Notes under the pieces: generated by a model | What the model was told of the DNA's origin: nothing | Seen by the model: only the letters and a program-made list of their open reading frames with translations | Databases searched by the model: none | Assembly (NCBI GenBank): GCA_028023455.1 | Contig: JAQFVV010000010.1 | Coordinates: 2,294,001-2,358,000, forward strand | Origin: Epiperipatus broadwayi | Lineage: Eukaryota; Animalia; Onychophora | DNA: 64,000 nt | Direction: 5' to 3' | Position numbers and translations under genes: made by a program | Shown: piece after piece, positions 14,201 through 29,200 of the stretch | Position numbering within the stretch: position 1 is the first letter of the stretch | Layout: every line of letters begins with the position of its first letter

Positions 14201-17200
14201 ACTAGTCTGTTTGGAAGATGCAAGAAATCAATTATATAAAGTAATGCTTGTACTAATCTATCTTCAGTCCGTAAAAGATCTACAGAATGAAATATTTTCA
14301 TTCTCAAAATACAATATATTTAAATTTCTATTTAGAAATTTCTTACTAACTTAATTATAAACAATATTTTTTGAAGACAGAGCTGAGGAGATTGGTCAAG
14401 TGCTATGTGTAGTATATTTGTTGTATGGTTATGAGATGTGAACAATGAATAACAAAATTAAAGAGAGATTTGAAATGAGTCTGAAGAAGAATGGAGAGAA
14501 ATGCATGGGTGGATAGAGGAAACAATGGATGTAAAAAAAAAAAAAGATTGGAGAGATTGAGTATAAGAAAAGTAACTGGATCAGATATACACAGAAAAGA
14601 ATTGTTTAATGAGGGATGTTTTAGAGGGAAATAAGTAATAGAAAGGATGAGAGAGATTGATATAAGAAATGAGCAAATAATGAAATATTAAAAATTCAAG
14701 TAATTAACAGAACAGAAAGAAGAAACAATTAAATTGGTTGCAATTGCTCTCTGGATCTGACCACAAATTAGAATACTCTAATAATAATAATAATAAGTTA
14801 TATAAAGTTTCTCAGGTCTCTGCCAAATAAAAAATGATTTTTTTAAAAAACAAAATTGACAAGAACTTAATTTAAAGAGAATTTTAATTGTATTATAATA
14901 GTGGCATTATTTAATAATTTTATATTTATCATATCATAATGTCATCATTTTTAACTATCAAGATTTAATATTTAGCTCCAACATTTTAACAATTTTTAGA
15001 ATCAATGTTTTACATTGCTATTGCATGATGAATAACATGTTTGTTATAGGATACCTTTAAATCTCATATTACTGGATGTGAATTGAATATTGTCATCAAT
15101 GAAATGGATAAATATCTTTGTATTGATTAATTTTTTTTGAAAATAGCTCTAACACTGGAGCTTATTTATTAAAGTTTTATTATTTGATACTAATGTTATG
15201 ATTCTAAATTAATAACATTACAGAAGTAATAAACTACACGAAATGTAATTTCTTTAGCCTATGCATGCATAAGTCAGTTAAACAACTATATTGAGAACAT
15301 TTCTATGTGGAACAAGCCAAATGATATATTCTACTCTTGCTCTTACACACTTCAATGTTTATCTTTATCAAAAATATAATAATAATCACATTAATAAATA
15401 CAATTAAATTAAACTTTCATTTAATTTAAAATTCAACTGACAAAGGTTTTTAAAAATGATATATCTATTTTTTGGAAGATAATTAAATGATCTTGTTCTG
15501 CAATCATATATATATATGAATATGTAAATATTAATATGTGCAATACATCAGGAGTGACCAAATTATATGTCTGTAAGAATCGCATGTCAAAACTGAGATA
15601 TATATTCAAAAGCCACAATTAAATATTTGAAGTTATTCAACAGAAGCAAATAAGGGATTTATTAATAGTACAAAAAGTCATAAGAACAAAATAATAACTG
15701 AGAACAAAATCAATAAAAAAATATTTACTTTTCACATGTAGGAAATCTCCGATTATACAGTTTTGTAACTACTATAAATCTCTGTACATTCACCTATCAG
15801 TAAGAGTTTTAAAAGCTTTTAAAACTCTTACTGACAGGTGGATACACAGAGATTTATAATAGTTACAAAACAGTGCATGATCGGAAGTTAATTTCCTTCT
15901 GCACAATTAGATTTTCAGCACTTAAAAGTAGATTTACATTTATTCACATGTAATTGTGATTAGCAAGATAATTTGGCATATAATTTATTAACAAAGCACG
16001 CAATTATCAATAAGATTTTCGTTTGTCATTGTGCTCGATGTTTTGATTTTACAAACTTCATTGTTGAGTATAATCATTCACAAGAATATGTTAAACCAAA
16101 AATTGAATTAGTTTAGAAGTATCTTTTTCTAAATGAGAATAGTTAGAGTCTGGCACATGTTTCCAAAATTTATTCAGAGTAGATTTATGATGTATACATG
16201 CATTTTTGTGATTTTCATTTCTTCAAAGTCAATACCATAAAAAAAATTAGTTTTCAATTCTTCAAATCTATTTTTAAAATGTGATACCAATCCTTCTAAC
16301 TTTTTTTGATAATCATTTAATTTTTCTTTTTTAAAGTTGTCCAGAAAATGCTGTTTTCAAAACAAAAAAATAACTAAAAGTTTTTGGTCTTACGATCATT
16401 TTGGAAAATTTGAAATTTTTTATAAACAATAAAAATAGTTTGAAAGTCATCATTTACCATTTTCTCTTTTCCTTCCAACTAGTCATCACATTTAAATTTT
16501 GGATATGATTTATCCTGGTCTTCAAGAATCAAAATAATACTTCAAGAAGCTGAACAAATCATTGTAAGTTATTGTATTTGGTAACCATTGTACAATATAA
16601 TAGAAATTTACATTATTTAAAAGTTCTATTTCATTCAAATCTTGAAGAAAATTCTTAAATTGGTGATGATTTTTTGCATTAGTTTGTATGTAATTTAAAT
16701 ATGCAACACTGTATTAATAACATTAATATATTTTTGATTCCTTCATGGTAAAATACAATGAAATGATATAAATTGTGCAAGTTTTGGAACTTTTTTTAAA
16801 AGACAAATAAAACCAATATTTTCAACCAACATTGTAGGAGTACCATTAGTTGCAATGTTGGAAAATTTATCAAATGATAGATCAAATTTGTTTAATACTG
16901 TGCCAATAAGCATTCTTGATGTCAATGCCATAAGTTGATTCTGGAAGTATCATTAAATCTATCATTTCTTCTTTCTCTATTTCCTCTCTTATCAAGAGCT
17001 AAACTGAATGCTATACAGTTTTTTAAAAATTCTTCAACTTGACTTTAACATCTTTACAGATTTTGATAATTCATCATTCCGTTGTATAATATGAAATTGA
17101 AATTTAGTATATTAATTGGTGAAGTTTTCTGATTTTTGGATCTAACAACCTTATCACTTCTACCAGATTTTTTTAAAAATAAATTCCTTTTTCCCGAGTG

Positions 17201-20200
17201 GATGTTTAGAGCTTGCAATATTCCAGACACATGATAAGAGAGCTGTTGTTGAAGAAGATCAGATTTTAAAAATTGAAATTTCTCTGGAGGTAATTTTGAA
17301 CTGTTTAGATAATGAGTCGAAAATTGTGAATTTGTTTCATAAGGATGATGATATAAGTTGCTAATTCATAGTTGTGCAAAAAAAACATAATGGTTTTCCA
17401 TTATTTTCAATGAATACAAATTTTTCTTCCCATTTGTTGTTGAAACATCGATTTTTCTGGTCATAACTTTGTTTTTTTGCTTGTTAAGGCCACAATGATC
17501 AAGAATTGAAATAAAAATTTTCAAGTTTTTAAATTTAAAATTAAATAAAAATAAAATATGCATGTTAATTGTACATGAGTTCAATGGCAATAATTCTTTA
17601 TTTTTCTGACTATAAATTAAAAATGACTACATGTATTGTTTGATTAAAGTTAGATCTTGATGCTCAAAAGTTAGACACACTCAATGATGTTTGAATTAAA
17701 ACTGCACAAAGAATAATAACATCACTCAATTAAGACCAAATGAAAACTGAACAGATAAGTTCGAACAATGCATCATATTTCTAGGAAACGAAAATAATAA
17801 CACCATCGAAGTTGATGATGTAAACAATTATTATAAAATTGTCACCATAAAGGAATAAAGCATATATGTTTTCAAAATAAAATGTAAATACAATATGGTA
17901 ATATAATACATTATAAGGATTTTACTTCAAAGTTTCTTGAACCACACCAGACCCTTTAAAGAAATGCATATAGCTCAAAGGTTGCAGTTTGATCAGGGAT
18001 ATAACATATAATGCCTGCATTAAAAATACCAAATATTTTTAAATTGATAAATATATGTGCATTATCAACAATAAATAGGGAAATAAATAACTGTTGTCAG
18101 TATGAAAAGAAGAAAAGGGGTAACTAAACAAAAATCTATTCTTACAATAATTAACAATAATAATTGACAATAATAGTGCTACCCATAATAATTTATTTTA
18201 GCATCTCAAATTAAAACTTACATCCTTTAAATTGAATAAGTCGGTGCTTGTCTTATAGATAAAGATGCCGTTAGATGGCGCCGTTTTCATGCTAAAACTA
18301 TAAAATATGACCATTCCCGGGCCGTTGATTATAATAATTTTTCTGTGCTTTTTTGTAATGCGAAAATAAAAACAAAACAAAATCGTCTTTTATAAATATT
18401 ATTTTTTATTAATGTATACAAGTTAAATGATAATAATAAATGTAAAATAAAATCAACAAATTACAATTTGATTCATGTTTTTCTATCGGATATTTTTTTA
18501 CTTGTGTTACGACTATTTTTTTTGTTGTTGTTTAAGTAAAAAGAGATATTACGGATATTTTTTACTTCAAATAGAATGATAATAAAAAGTAAAAGTTGTT
18601 ACGGTTAGGTTTAGGGTTAGTTTTAGGGTTAATGTTCTGTTGTTTGTAATGCTAAAATAAAAAAATTCAAAATCATAACTGTACTCGGACAAAATAAAGA
18701 AACTCAAACTTTTTTAAACAACAACAAACACATATAAATGTCTTCTTTACTTATTAAACATGTTTATAATATTTGCTTTTTATGAAATTTACAAAAAATC
18801 GTGTATATTTGTACTTTTCTTACTGTATATTTTTTTGGTACTGCTCTTCTTTGTCTCGTGGAATGTTACGAACAGTATGTTACTTGACGCGTTACCTAAT
18901 TGCAACTCACTAAAAACATAGATATTTAACATTTTCCCAATTAAAACTTCAATACAGTACGTTGTAAAAAGTCTTAGAATTATTACTTTAAAAAATCTGA
19001 ATATTTCAATACTTTAAAATAAAAAAAAATACAATGAAAACAAAATTTCCATCCAATTCAAATACAAACTCTCTCATCAAGCCATAACTATTTTATAAAC
19101 TGTGCAAATTCGGAAAATGTAATTGCTGCGATGCGACGAGACATAGCGGCCTGCATTCTGTAGCACAACAAAAAAGTTGTATTATAGAAAACGCGGGTTC
19201 GAACGTGTCGGCTGCGGAAACAGCATGGCGTCTTTAGCTATAAGATGAGTACCAATAAGTCTATAAATAAATAATTCTTATTAAATTAATTTGTAAATCA
19301 TTATTTAACCTTTTTTCTGGTCCAGCTCGGGTAAGATTTTTTTGCCGAATCCTATCCTTATGCCGTTCATATCGTAACTGATCTCTTTCTTGAGCTTCTT
19401 CATCTTTTTCTAAAATAATCAAAAATATATATTGATTTAATTTTTATAGTTAATGAATCAAGTTTAAAGCATATTTAAATTAATCTATTTATATAATTTA
19501 AAGACTAATTTTACAAAATAAAGTAATTGCCAATCCAATTTTAATTGTCTAAATTTAGCATTAAATATTTTATCTAGTAATGTAATAAATACTTCATAGA
19601 AATAAAAAAAAAAATACAAAGGCAAAACTACTTGATAATTCTCAGATGTGAGTTGTCAAACTACAAGGTAATTCTCTATTTCCATTTTTTATTTATTTAT
19701 AAATGAGTAAATTATACTTATAAAATAAAAAATATTATGGCAAAGATTTAAAATTTTTTTAAAAATAACTTCCATTATAATTACAATAATAACTGTTTTA
19801 TAAATAAGTACAGTATATTGATATATGGTTGCACTCATCTTCTAAAATTCTGATAGCTAAAGAGTAACAGAAGACATAAAAATAAAATCCATAAAGTTAT
19901 ATAAGCAAAAAATAATTTGATCAAAAAGTCATATGACCGAAAAGTAATTTAAACAAAAGTTAGATAACTGACAATACTAACTAAATTAAAAATTAGGTCA
20001 TGAAAATTAAAATAAAAAAATGATAATTTTATTTTATCAAAAAAAAAAAAAAAACTGCTTTAATAATAAAATATATTAAATAAATATGTTTTCATTTTAG
20101 TGCATCATTTTTAATTTTACTGATTTTTTTTCTTCTTCTTAGAAATATAAATTAATTTGTCAAAGATTGGATTAGCAAACAAAAACATTAATGCTGCCAT

Positions 20201-23200
20201 ATTAAAAACAAATTATTTTTTGACAATCAGAAAGTAATATAAATACTACATATAATTTTGATTTTGAAGCAAGGAGAAAAGATGTATACAATTGAATGCT
20301 ACACTGAGTTCTGGGGGAAAAAATGTCAGTAGATATTTATTTAAATCAAATATATTAAGTAATATTAGTCACTATTTTTTAAAACTTTGAAAACAAGGCT
20401 TTTATATACAAGAAATATCAGAAATACTTATATGCTGATTTATTATTTTCTTGATTATTATCATGTTAAAAGACCAGCCCTTCTTTAAAACTAAGGAGGC
20501 TAATACTTTGTAGCCAGACCAAATGATAACAATATTTAATTTAATATACATATTCATTAACTTTTAATTTCATGGCAAATTCAAAAAAAGTTCAAGCATT
20601 GAAAGTAACCGACCTAAAGCTGCCACTTAAAGACTTTGAACTTGAGTTTGCCATTGATCATTACACTAAAACATACAGAGCAACTTCATTTTTAATTATA
20701 TTTGTGTTTTGATTATAATATTAACACATTTTGTATTTATAAAAAAAATATCAGTTAATTGGATTAATCATCTAAAATTTGTATAACTGTTATTAAGTTA
20801 TATGCTTACTAATTCAATAAAAATCCATTATTGATACAATTTTGTATTTCAATATTACTGTTATTTTAATTATTTATTGTTAAAACTGTACAGTTATAAT
20901 TATCCCAAACTCTACATTTTAAATATTTGGCTTTTTATTAAAAAAATAAAAATAAATTATTATTAGCCAGAGATATTAAATGTTTTAAAATTTAGTAATC
21001 CAAATATGATCCTTCAATTGTGATTATTTTATATACACTACATAAAATACAAAGTGAATTCATTATAATAATTATTTTATAAGCGATTTTTTAAAAAAAA
21101 AAAGTTGAACGCATAAATAAGTTAGTAATTTATGATTTTCCATTTTATTTATCTATAATATATATATGCGTTTATTCTGATTTTTTTTAAAATTTCTGGT
21201 CAAAACATGGATTATATTAGCACTCATATATAAGATTTGATATAATCAAATCTTAACTAATTAAATTTATATCAAAATTTCTGAAAAACTGTAAGCTATC
21301 TTAATAATATAAACATATATTTCCTTTAACTTTAAAATAAAATGTTTCTACTTATTTAAATAAACACAATATATATATATTAAAATGAATTACTCAAAAA
21401 ATTTTACACTAAATATATAACTGATTAAGAAAATAAAAATTACAATATTAATTTATACAAATTTGAATTTTCCAACACACAATCCTTTTCATCATAATTC
21501 AAAATTTTAAAAATCCTCAACTGACTTTTGGTACTTTATCTTTTTCATTCATAAGAGAACAACACAATCTTTCTTTGATTCATATTCGCTTCATTAACTA
21601 TCAAAATCCTTCACAAACAACTGCAAAACTTAAGTAAATAGGTGACATCACAATTATATTTAATACTATTGATATAATTAACAGTTTATATTTCTAATTA
21701 AAGCACAGAACATAAAGTTTATTCCCAGTTACACAGTCCATGAATGGATTTGAAGACTATAAAAATTCTTCACTATCATTATATCAACACTCAATAGAAT
21801 TGTGAATTTATGCAATCACATTTGTTTTTTAATTCCCCATATAAAAAATCTGCATGCAATTACTTGTTTTTAACTTTTATCTTCTAGTTTTATAATTATT
21901 CAATGTGAATAAGATCTATAAAAAGATCTTTGTCAAATACCAAAGAATTTATTTAACAAATATTTCATTTAGTACAAATATAAACTCAATCAGTTATTTT
22001 TTAGGACAGCAAAGTATGAAAATTTAAAATTGAATTTGTTCAAGAAATTTTACTTAAAGATTAATTTATATAATACAATATGCACAATATAAATCATTTA
22101 AATATTCATTCACAGACTAATTTTGTATTAGAATGATTACGTGTAACATTGGTTTATATTTATTTTATTTATTGATATATGGTTTTTTTTTTCATTTAAA
22201 CTGCAATCTTTTTTTTTATATATACAACTTGTAAAAATACAATGTTAGAATAAAGTATAATAATAAAATGACAAGTAAAAGCAAAATACTTGAAGTGAGT
22301 ATGTAGATAAATAAGCTTTTAACTGAAATAAACCCAGTAAACAATAAACTAATTTTTGGATAGAAATAATTTTATCTGTTTATTTTATTTATTTTTAATT
22401 TAAAAAATGAAACATTTTTTCTAAAACATATCATTTTTGAAATTTAAATTGAAAATAAAAAAAACAAAAAACAAAATTAAGACATCAACGTATTAGAAAA
22501 AAAATTGTGTGATTTAGTTATAAATATAGCTTTATACAACATATATTATTATCGTCAAGATATTACTTAATATTTTATTTTGATTACTTTACTTATTCCA
22601 AGTTAAAAATCAAAAGAAATGCTCTAAAAAATGTTCTATTTTTTAAATTTAAAATTATCAAAGTAATTACTAAAATGGTTTTTTAAAATAGAAGACATTT
22701 TATTATTTATTGGTTTTGTTCCAGTTAAGCATGCATGTACTCTAACTAAAGGCAAGTAGAATATCTAAGCACAGACCATTCAATCATTGTTTGCCATTAC
22801 TTGTTCTAGTACAGGGATGCCCAACCCGTAGCTCGCGAGTCACATGTGGCTCGCGTAACTGTTTAATGTGGCTCGAATTGCACTCTTCAAAAAAATTGAT
22901 AAAATATTTTATGTTCCTTGATGGCACATGCACACACTAAAAAATAAACATTTTTACAATACAAACAATAACGATATGCAGTGTCAGGTTTCACATTAAA
23001 TAAAATATATTTTTCCTGTAATTGTAATTTATATGTATGTTACCAAATTTTTAATAAATAAAATGTATTTACATTTTTTTTTCTTTTTAACATATTACAC
23101 CATTTTTTTTTTTTTTGCTGTACACGTTTGGTTTGGTGCTATATATATATATTGTGTTTAGTGCTCTTGTATATATTGTTGTTTTTATCGAGAAAGATCC

Positions 23201-26200
23201 TTGTAGATGTTTGGTTTGGTGCTGTATATATATTGTGTTTAGTGCTGGAAATAGTTTTTATCGAGATAGATCCATGTACATGTATATATTTTGCTGTATA
23301 TATCGATGTTTAGTGCTGTAAACAGTTGTTTTTATCCGTGTACACGTATATATTTTGCTGTATATATATATTGATGTTTAGTGCTGTAAATAGTTGTTTT
23401 TATTGAGATAGATTCGTGTACACATATATATTTTGCTGTATATATTGATGTTTTCATCGAGAAAGATCCGTGTACACGTTATTTTGGCCACATTAGAAAC
23501 GGCGGATTGATACCAATGTGAATAGGCCACCCCCCCCACCTATCTCCCTACATTGCAGGTTTAGTACCCAAGTACCATGTTTATAAATGTAATATGAAAA
23601 ATGTAATATATAATTGTGGCTCCCCAAATTTTTTTAAATTCTCAACTGGCTCGCGTCAAGTTAAAGGTTGGGCACCACTGTTCTAGTATCTCATAACAAA
23701 TTCATTAAGCATATATTTTTAGAAAATATAATCTGTGTCATGTAAATTGTATTTTACAAACTATATTAAAAAAAAATTATAATTGATATATATATGTGTG
23801 TGTATATTTATTAAAAAAAAAATCAAGTCAGATGTCACATGACCTAATTTAGTAAGCTTGCATTACGAATGCTATATATAGAGTTCGCAAATAAGCTCTT
23901 AACAAGCTTTGCAAAACATCCCCAATCCCAGACCGTTTTCTGCTTCTGATGTCCTCAATGAGGTACTAGGATATTCAAGCATTAGATTAAAAATACCAGG
24001 ACAAGCTCAGCACTTTATCTAATATATAACTATTAAGTAGAAAATCTGAAATTTTCAGACATCCATATGTCTTCCAATCCAGCTATCTAACTTAAATAGC
24101 CATATAGGACTGAACTAAATTCAGATACACCATATATTAATAGCTTTAGCAATATAAAATCACCAAAGCCTTAATAGCAAAAAATAAAATCACAAAAAAA
24201 AAAATCAAGTCAGATGTCACATGACCTAATTTAATAAGCTTGTGTTACAAATGTTATATATAGAGCTCGCAAATAAGCTCTTAACAAGATTTGCCGAATA
24301 TCCTCAACCCCAGACCAGTTTCTGCTTCTGGTGTTCTCAGTATTGTCCTGGTATTTTTAATCTAATGCTTGAATATCCTAGCACCTCACTGAGGATGCCA
24401 AAAACAGAAACCGATCTGGGGATATTCTGCAAACCTTGCTAAGAGCTTATTTGTGAGCTCTATATATAACATTTGTAATACAAATTAAATTAGGTCATGT
24501 GACATCTGACTAAACCGGTCTGGGGTTGGGGATATTCTGCAAAGCTTCTTAAGAGCTTATTTGCGAGCTCTATATATAACATGAATATATATATATGAGA
24601 ATAAAATAAACAGACCAATGATAAATGTAGCCATCTTAGTCCAAAATTAATCTGTGAATGAATATCTAAAAGTTGGTTTACACTGTAATATATAAATTAA
24701 CGTGTGAACAAAATTGCTTGAATAAAAACAATTTTAAATTATTATATTTTGCAGTCTTAGAAAAACAGGAAATTGATTTTAAATTTGTATTAAAAATTGA
24801 AATACCAAAAAAAATTATTGGTATTTGATGGAAATCTTTTTTTCCAGATCTTATTCACATTACAAATTAATGAAAAAACTGAAAGTCAAAAGATAAAAAC
24901 TTGCAAAACAAAAAAGGGTATACCCAAAAAAGAAATGAAAAGATTGTTGCTAAATTTATAGGAGTCCAATTAGGTTGATATTTTACATTTTTAGAAGTTT
25001 CTATATAAATACATTACTTTTGTTTGTCTTATTTAAATAAATAAACTTTTACTTTTAAACTAATGGGAACACCTTGGTTACTAAAAAAATGTTTATATTA
25101 TAAGGATAGCTAAAGTCTTTAGAAACTTTACATGTTAAATTAGTTAATGTTTTGACCAGAAATTTCAGTAAAGAATCAGAGTAGAGTTGTATACATACTT
25201 TATATAAAAAATGGAAAACTGTAAACTGCCAATCTATTTTAAATTTGCAAATTTTAAAATAAAAAAATAAAAAAAGAGAGACAAAATAAATAATATAGAT
25301 AATATATCCAATATAATTAGCTTTCCATAAGTGGCAGACAAATGACTTTAGAATTTTTTCCTTTACAAATACAAACACTATCAGAATACTCTAATATAGT
25401 TATGCAATATATATTTACAAAATAATCACTGTTAAAAGATATAGACCTTTCATACTTTTTTGAGATTTTTTTTTTTAAAAACCACAAGTGGGACTATTTA
25501 AGAAATAATATTATTGCTAAAAATAAATAAATGAATGTTACTACTAAATTTTAAAATGTAAGTGAATTACAGCTAGGATATATATGGCTGTAGTTAATAA
25601 TTTTATCAGGTTTTTTTTAACAAAAATTTGGAAGAAATATAGTTGTTTAATAATTATAGTAACAGCACATAGTTAATTACAAAATTAAATCAATAACAGT
25701 TTTTTATTCAAAAATTATGCTATAATTTGAATATAATTTTAAAGTATATCAGATTACAATATTGTTTTTTGAAAATATAAATGAACTAAAATCAAAACAA
25801 TATACAATTTTAAAATGAAAAATAATTAACAATAAAATAAAAAGTTATTGAATACATATACTAAATTAAATATATGAATCATTCAGTCTGGCTATAAAAC
25901 TTTCATAGCTTTAAAAAAAATAGATCAACATTTCATAAGCATTATTTGATTTAAATAAACATCCATCTTAAAGATATAATTTAAACTGCAAACAATTTAA
26001 ATATTTTCTATTTTTTAAAACTTGATCTGGCATATGATTGTGTATACTATTTGTCATTATTTTAATAATAAAATTCTAAGTAAGACTTACATTATTTTCT
26101 CATTACCATAGTTTGTTTCCTACTGACAGCAATATTATTTTTATTCATTAACTTGATTAATTTTTGAAAAAATAAATTTATATGTCTAAGGGAAAAAAAT

Positions 26201-29200
26201 ATTAAGATTAAAAATGATGCACTAAAATTAAAAGTGATATTTATTTAACACATTTTATTATCAAAACAGTTATTTTTTTGAATATGGCCACGTTATTATT
26301 TATCTTCATTTCGATAACTTGATTTTCAATCTTGTCATAATATCTCCTCTTGATCAAATTAATTTTCAGTCATATGACTTTTCAGCTAAATGACTTTTTG
26401 GGATTTTATACTTCTGCTTTCTAGCCACCAGCTTTTTGGCTGTCAATATTTTTGAGCAAATTCAAGAAATATTTATAAACAGGTAAATTATTTATAATTA
26501 AATAAATAAATCATTTATTTATTCTGTATATATAATTCCTTGTTGACATCTAAAAAAAATAAATTCTTTATAAAAATAAAAATAGATGCTAATTATTGCT
26601 ATCTGCTAACTTTTAATACAATATTAATCAAAATTGTCTGAATTATAATATCAATAAATGCAGTGAATTAATAGCATTTCTTAAGAATGGTGATACATAA
26701 TAAAATCATTAATAATAATAACCAAATCTTTCAGTGTTAGGAATGTCACGAGATATTCGAACACTATAGTGACAGGGTGAATTTCAATCCAGGAATCTTT
26801 AATTTTCAACTTTACCCAATACAATGAAATTATATATAAATAATTAATACATAACTATTTCCGTCAAGTATTGGATAAAAAGACAAAAATATTCATTCAC
26901 CAGTTAAATTATACATTTTTTTTTGGAAAAATATTTAATTTTCTGATATCAAAATGATTTTATTAGAATTATTTTATATTATCACAATCTATATTTATAA
27001 TTATTAATTCAAAATTAACAATTAAAGGCTAATCAACATCCAAGTTATTCATAGTTTAGTTATTTTGTGTTTGTGAGCTAATACGTTGAGCCCCCCTCCC
27101 CCCTCTAATTAAATAAAATGTAAATTTTACCGGTTTGTCCATGAATACGGATTCCAGCACGTTCTTCTCTGGCTTTCTGAGCAAGAATACGTAGATTTTC
27201 TTCTTTCTTTTCTTTTTCTTTTTGTGCTAATTTCTTTTCAAGTTGGGCTCTCATTTCTACAGCTTCACGTGCCTATAATAAGGAGAATTCAATAAAAATA
27301 TTTGTACTAAACATGGGCAAAATGATTTAGTAACAAAGACAAGTAAACTAATTCAAAAATAATCACAATATTCCATAATTCGTATATCATAAAATATAAA
27401 CATATATTAAATAATAGACGAGCTAAAAAAAAATTTTTAATTAAATACTTTTTTATTTAGTGTGCACTAAAAAAAAAAAAACAAAATACAAAATAATTGT
27501 TTCTTCAACTACAATAGAGATTTTTAGACTTAACATAAAATAAAAATATGGGGAGGGGGGAGTTCCAGAAATTAATTAAATCAATCCCTTGTTATAAATA
27601 ATAGGGAGTGATGTAATTAATTTTTGGATACCCCCCCCCCCAATGTTTTTATTTCAAGTTAAATCTAAAAAATCCATTTGTGGTTGAAGAAACAATTATT
27701 TTTTTTCTTTTCAGTGCATGGTGAATAAAAGCATTTAATTTTTTAAAAAAAATTTATCTCTATTATTTTTAACTTTACTATTGGCACAGTAAAAAAAAAA
27801 ATGTAAAATTATATTTGTACTTTATATCAACTGGACACTAATACTTGATATATATAGCACTAGATATTTTTGCTATATGTTAATATGTACAATCCTTATG
27901 TATATATCCTATTTAGTATGTGCACATACTGTATGCTTATATAAGTGATTAACTGTATTTAATTTTCATACGAATTACTTCATTTTTTTCATTAATTGAC
28001 CTCCTAGTGAAAATTTCCACAAACTTTATATTGTATTATGCATATTTTCCTATATATGTTATAATATAAAATTTTATTTCAAAAAAAAATTCCACAAATG
28101 GCAAGATAATCAAAAAATTCCTCAAAAGCATAGTGACTTCATATGTTCATTGCTGTAAAGTCTGAAGAATATCCATTGGCTTTTATGAGATGCCTCCACA
28201 TAATTCAAGAGAAAATCACCTGGATAGGATCCCTATATTATAGTTCCAAGTAGGAGAATGACACTCTTCAAGAGAATTAGTGTTTTGTTTTTATTCAGAG
28301 CTTCATTTTGAAAACGATGGACTCATAATATGAAGGACCTTTCCAGCAGATTCATAAAACTTTAACTAATATGAATGATTGAAAATTTTGATTTTTTTTT
28401 CTATTATTGTTAATTTTTTTTTTTTAATTTTCATTTCCACACTTGGAAGCAAATGTGTTCACATTTTTGGAAAATTTTATTATGAGTAAGGAGGGGAAAA
28501 AGTTATTAGATTTAACTATATATATATTTTTTGGGAGTTATTAAATAAAATCTAGAGTAACTTGCCTTCCCAATCAAATTGGCATTGACAGCATAATGTG
28601 AAATAAAAGACAAGATTTCAATATTATCTCACATTAAGCACCTACATTATAAAATAGGACAGAATTGATGTTAGTTTGTTAATCGTTAACTAACCTTTGT
28701 TATGTGTTCTTTTGGGTAATTGATTAACAACCTTGCGTGAATGCTTCTCTTCTATTAATGTTAGACATCTATAAACAGAGGAGGGCTCCCAAGAAGATTT
28801 ACCACTGTCAATATGAACTGGATAACAAGGATTTTTATAATGTGACTGTAAATAGGATTGATTAGCCAGTTAGATTCATGGTTATGTAAATATTATTTTA
28901 TATATATGTCTTTGCAAATAACTGATGCCAAGCATATGAATTTCTATCAGGGGCTGAAGGATAAGGATTTTTATTATTATCATTATTAGATAACAATGTG
29001 GTAGAAGCTCATCAATGATATAGCAGATTATATAATTCAGTATTATTAAACCTTTGTTTACTTTTTTTTTGTTATCAATAAATGTTAAAAGAATTTGTTA
29101 CTGTTATCTGGTCTCTAGCTCATCATTATTCTTATACCCACCATTATCATCATTATTCATATACCCACCACCAACATTATTATCATCACTATTCTTATAC

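Noticed and set aside
18603-18630. True telomere or chromosome-fusion scar
   Set aside because: Only 28 bp of mixed TTAGG/TTAGGG units, inside a TIR element.
23115-23480. Tandem units and ORFs 23115-23321 and 23128-23313 as a CRISPR array or gene
   Set aside because: Units are degenerate with no unique spacers, lie inside a TSD-flanked MITE, and the DNA is eukaryotic.
25055-25378. 107-aa hydrophobic ORF and similar F/I/L/K-rich ORFs (for example 5483, 13433, 47518, 52183)
   Set aside because: Composition reflects AT-rich intronic DNA, many rely on non-ATG starts, and none show domain motifs.
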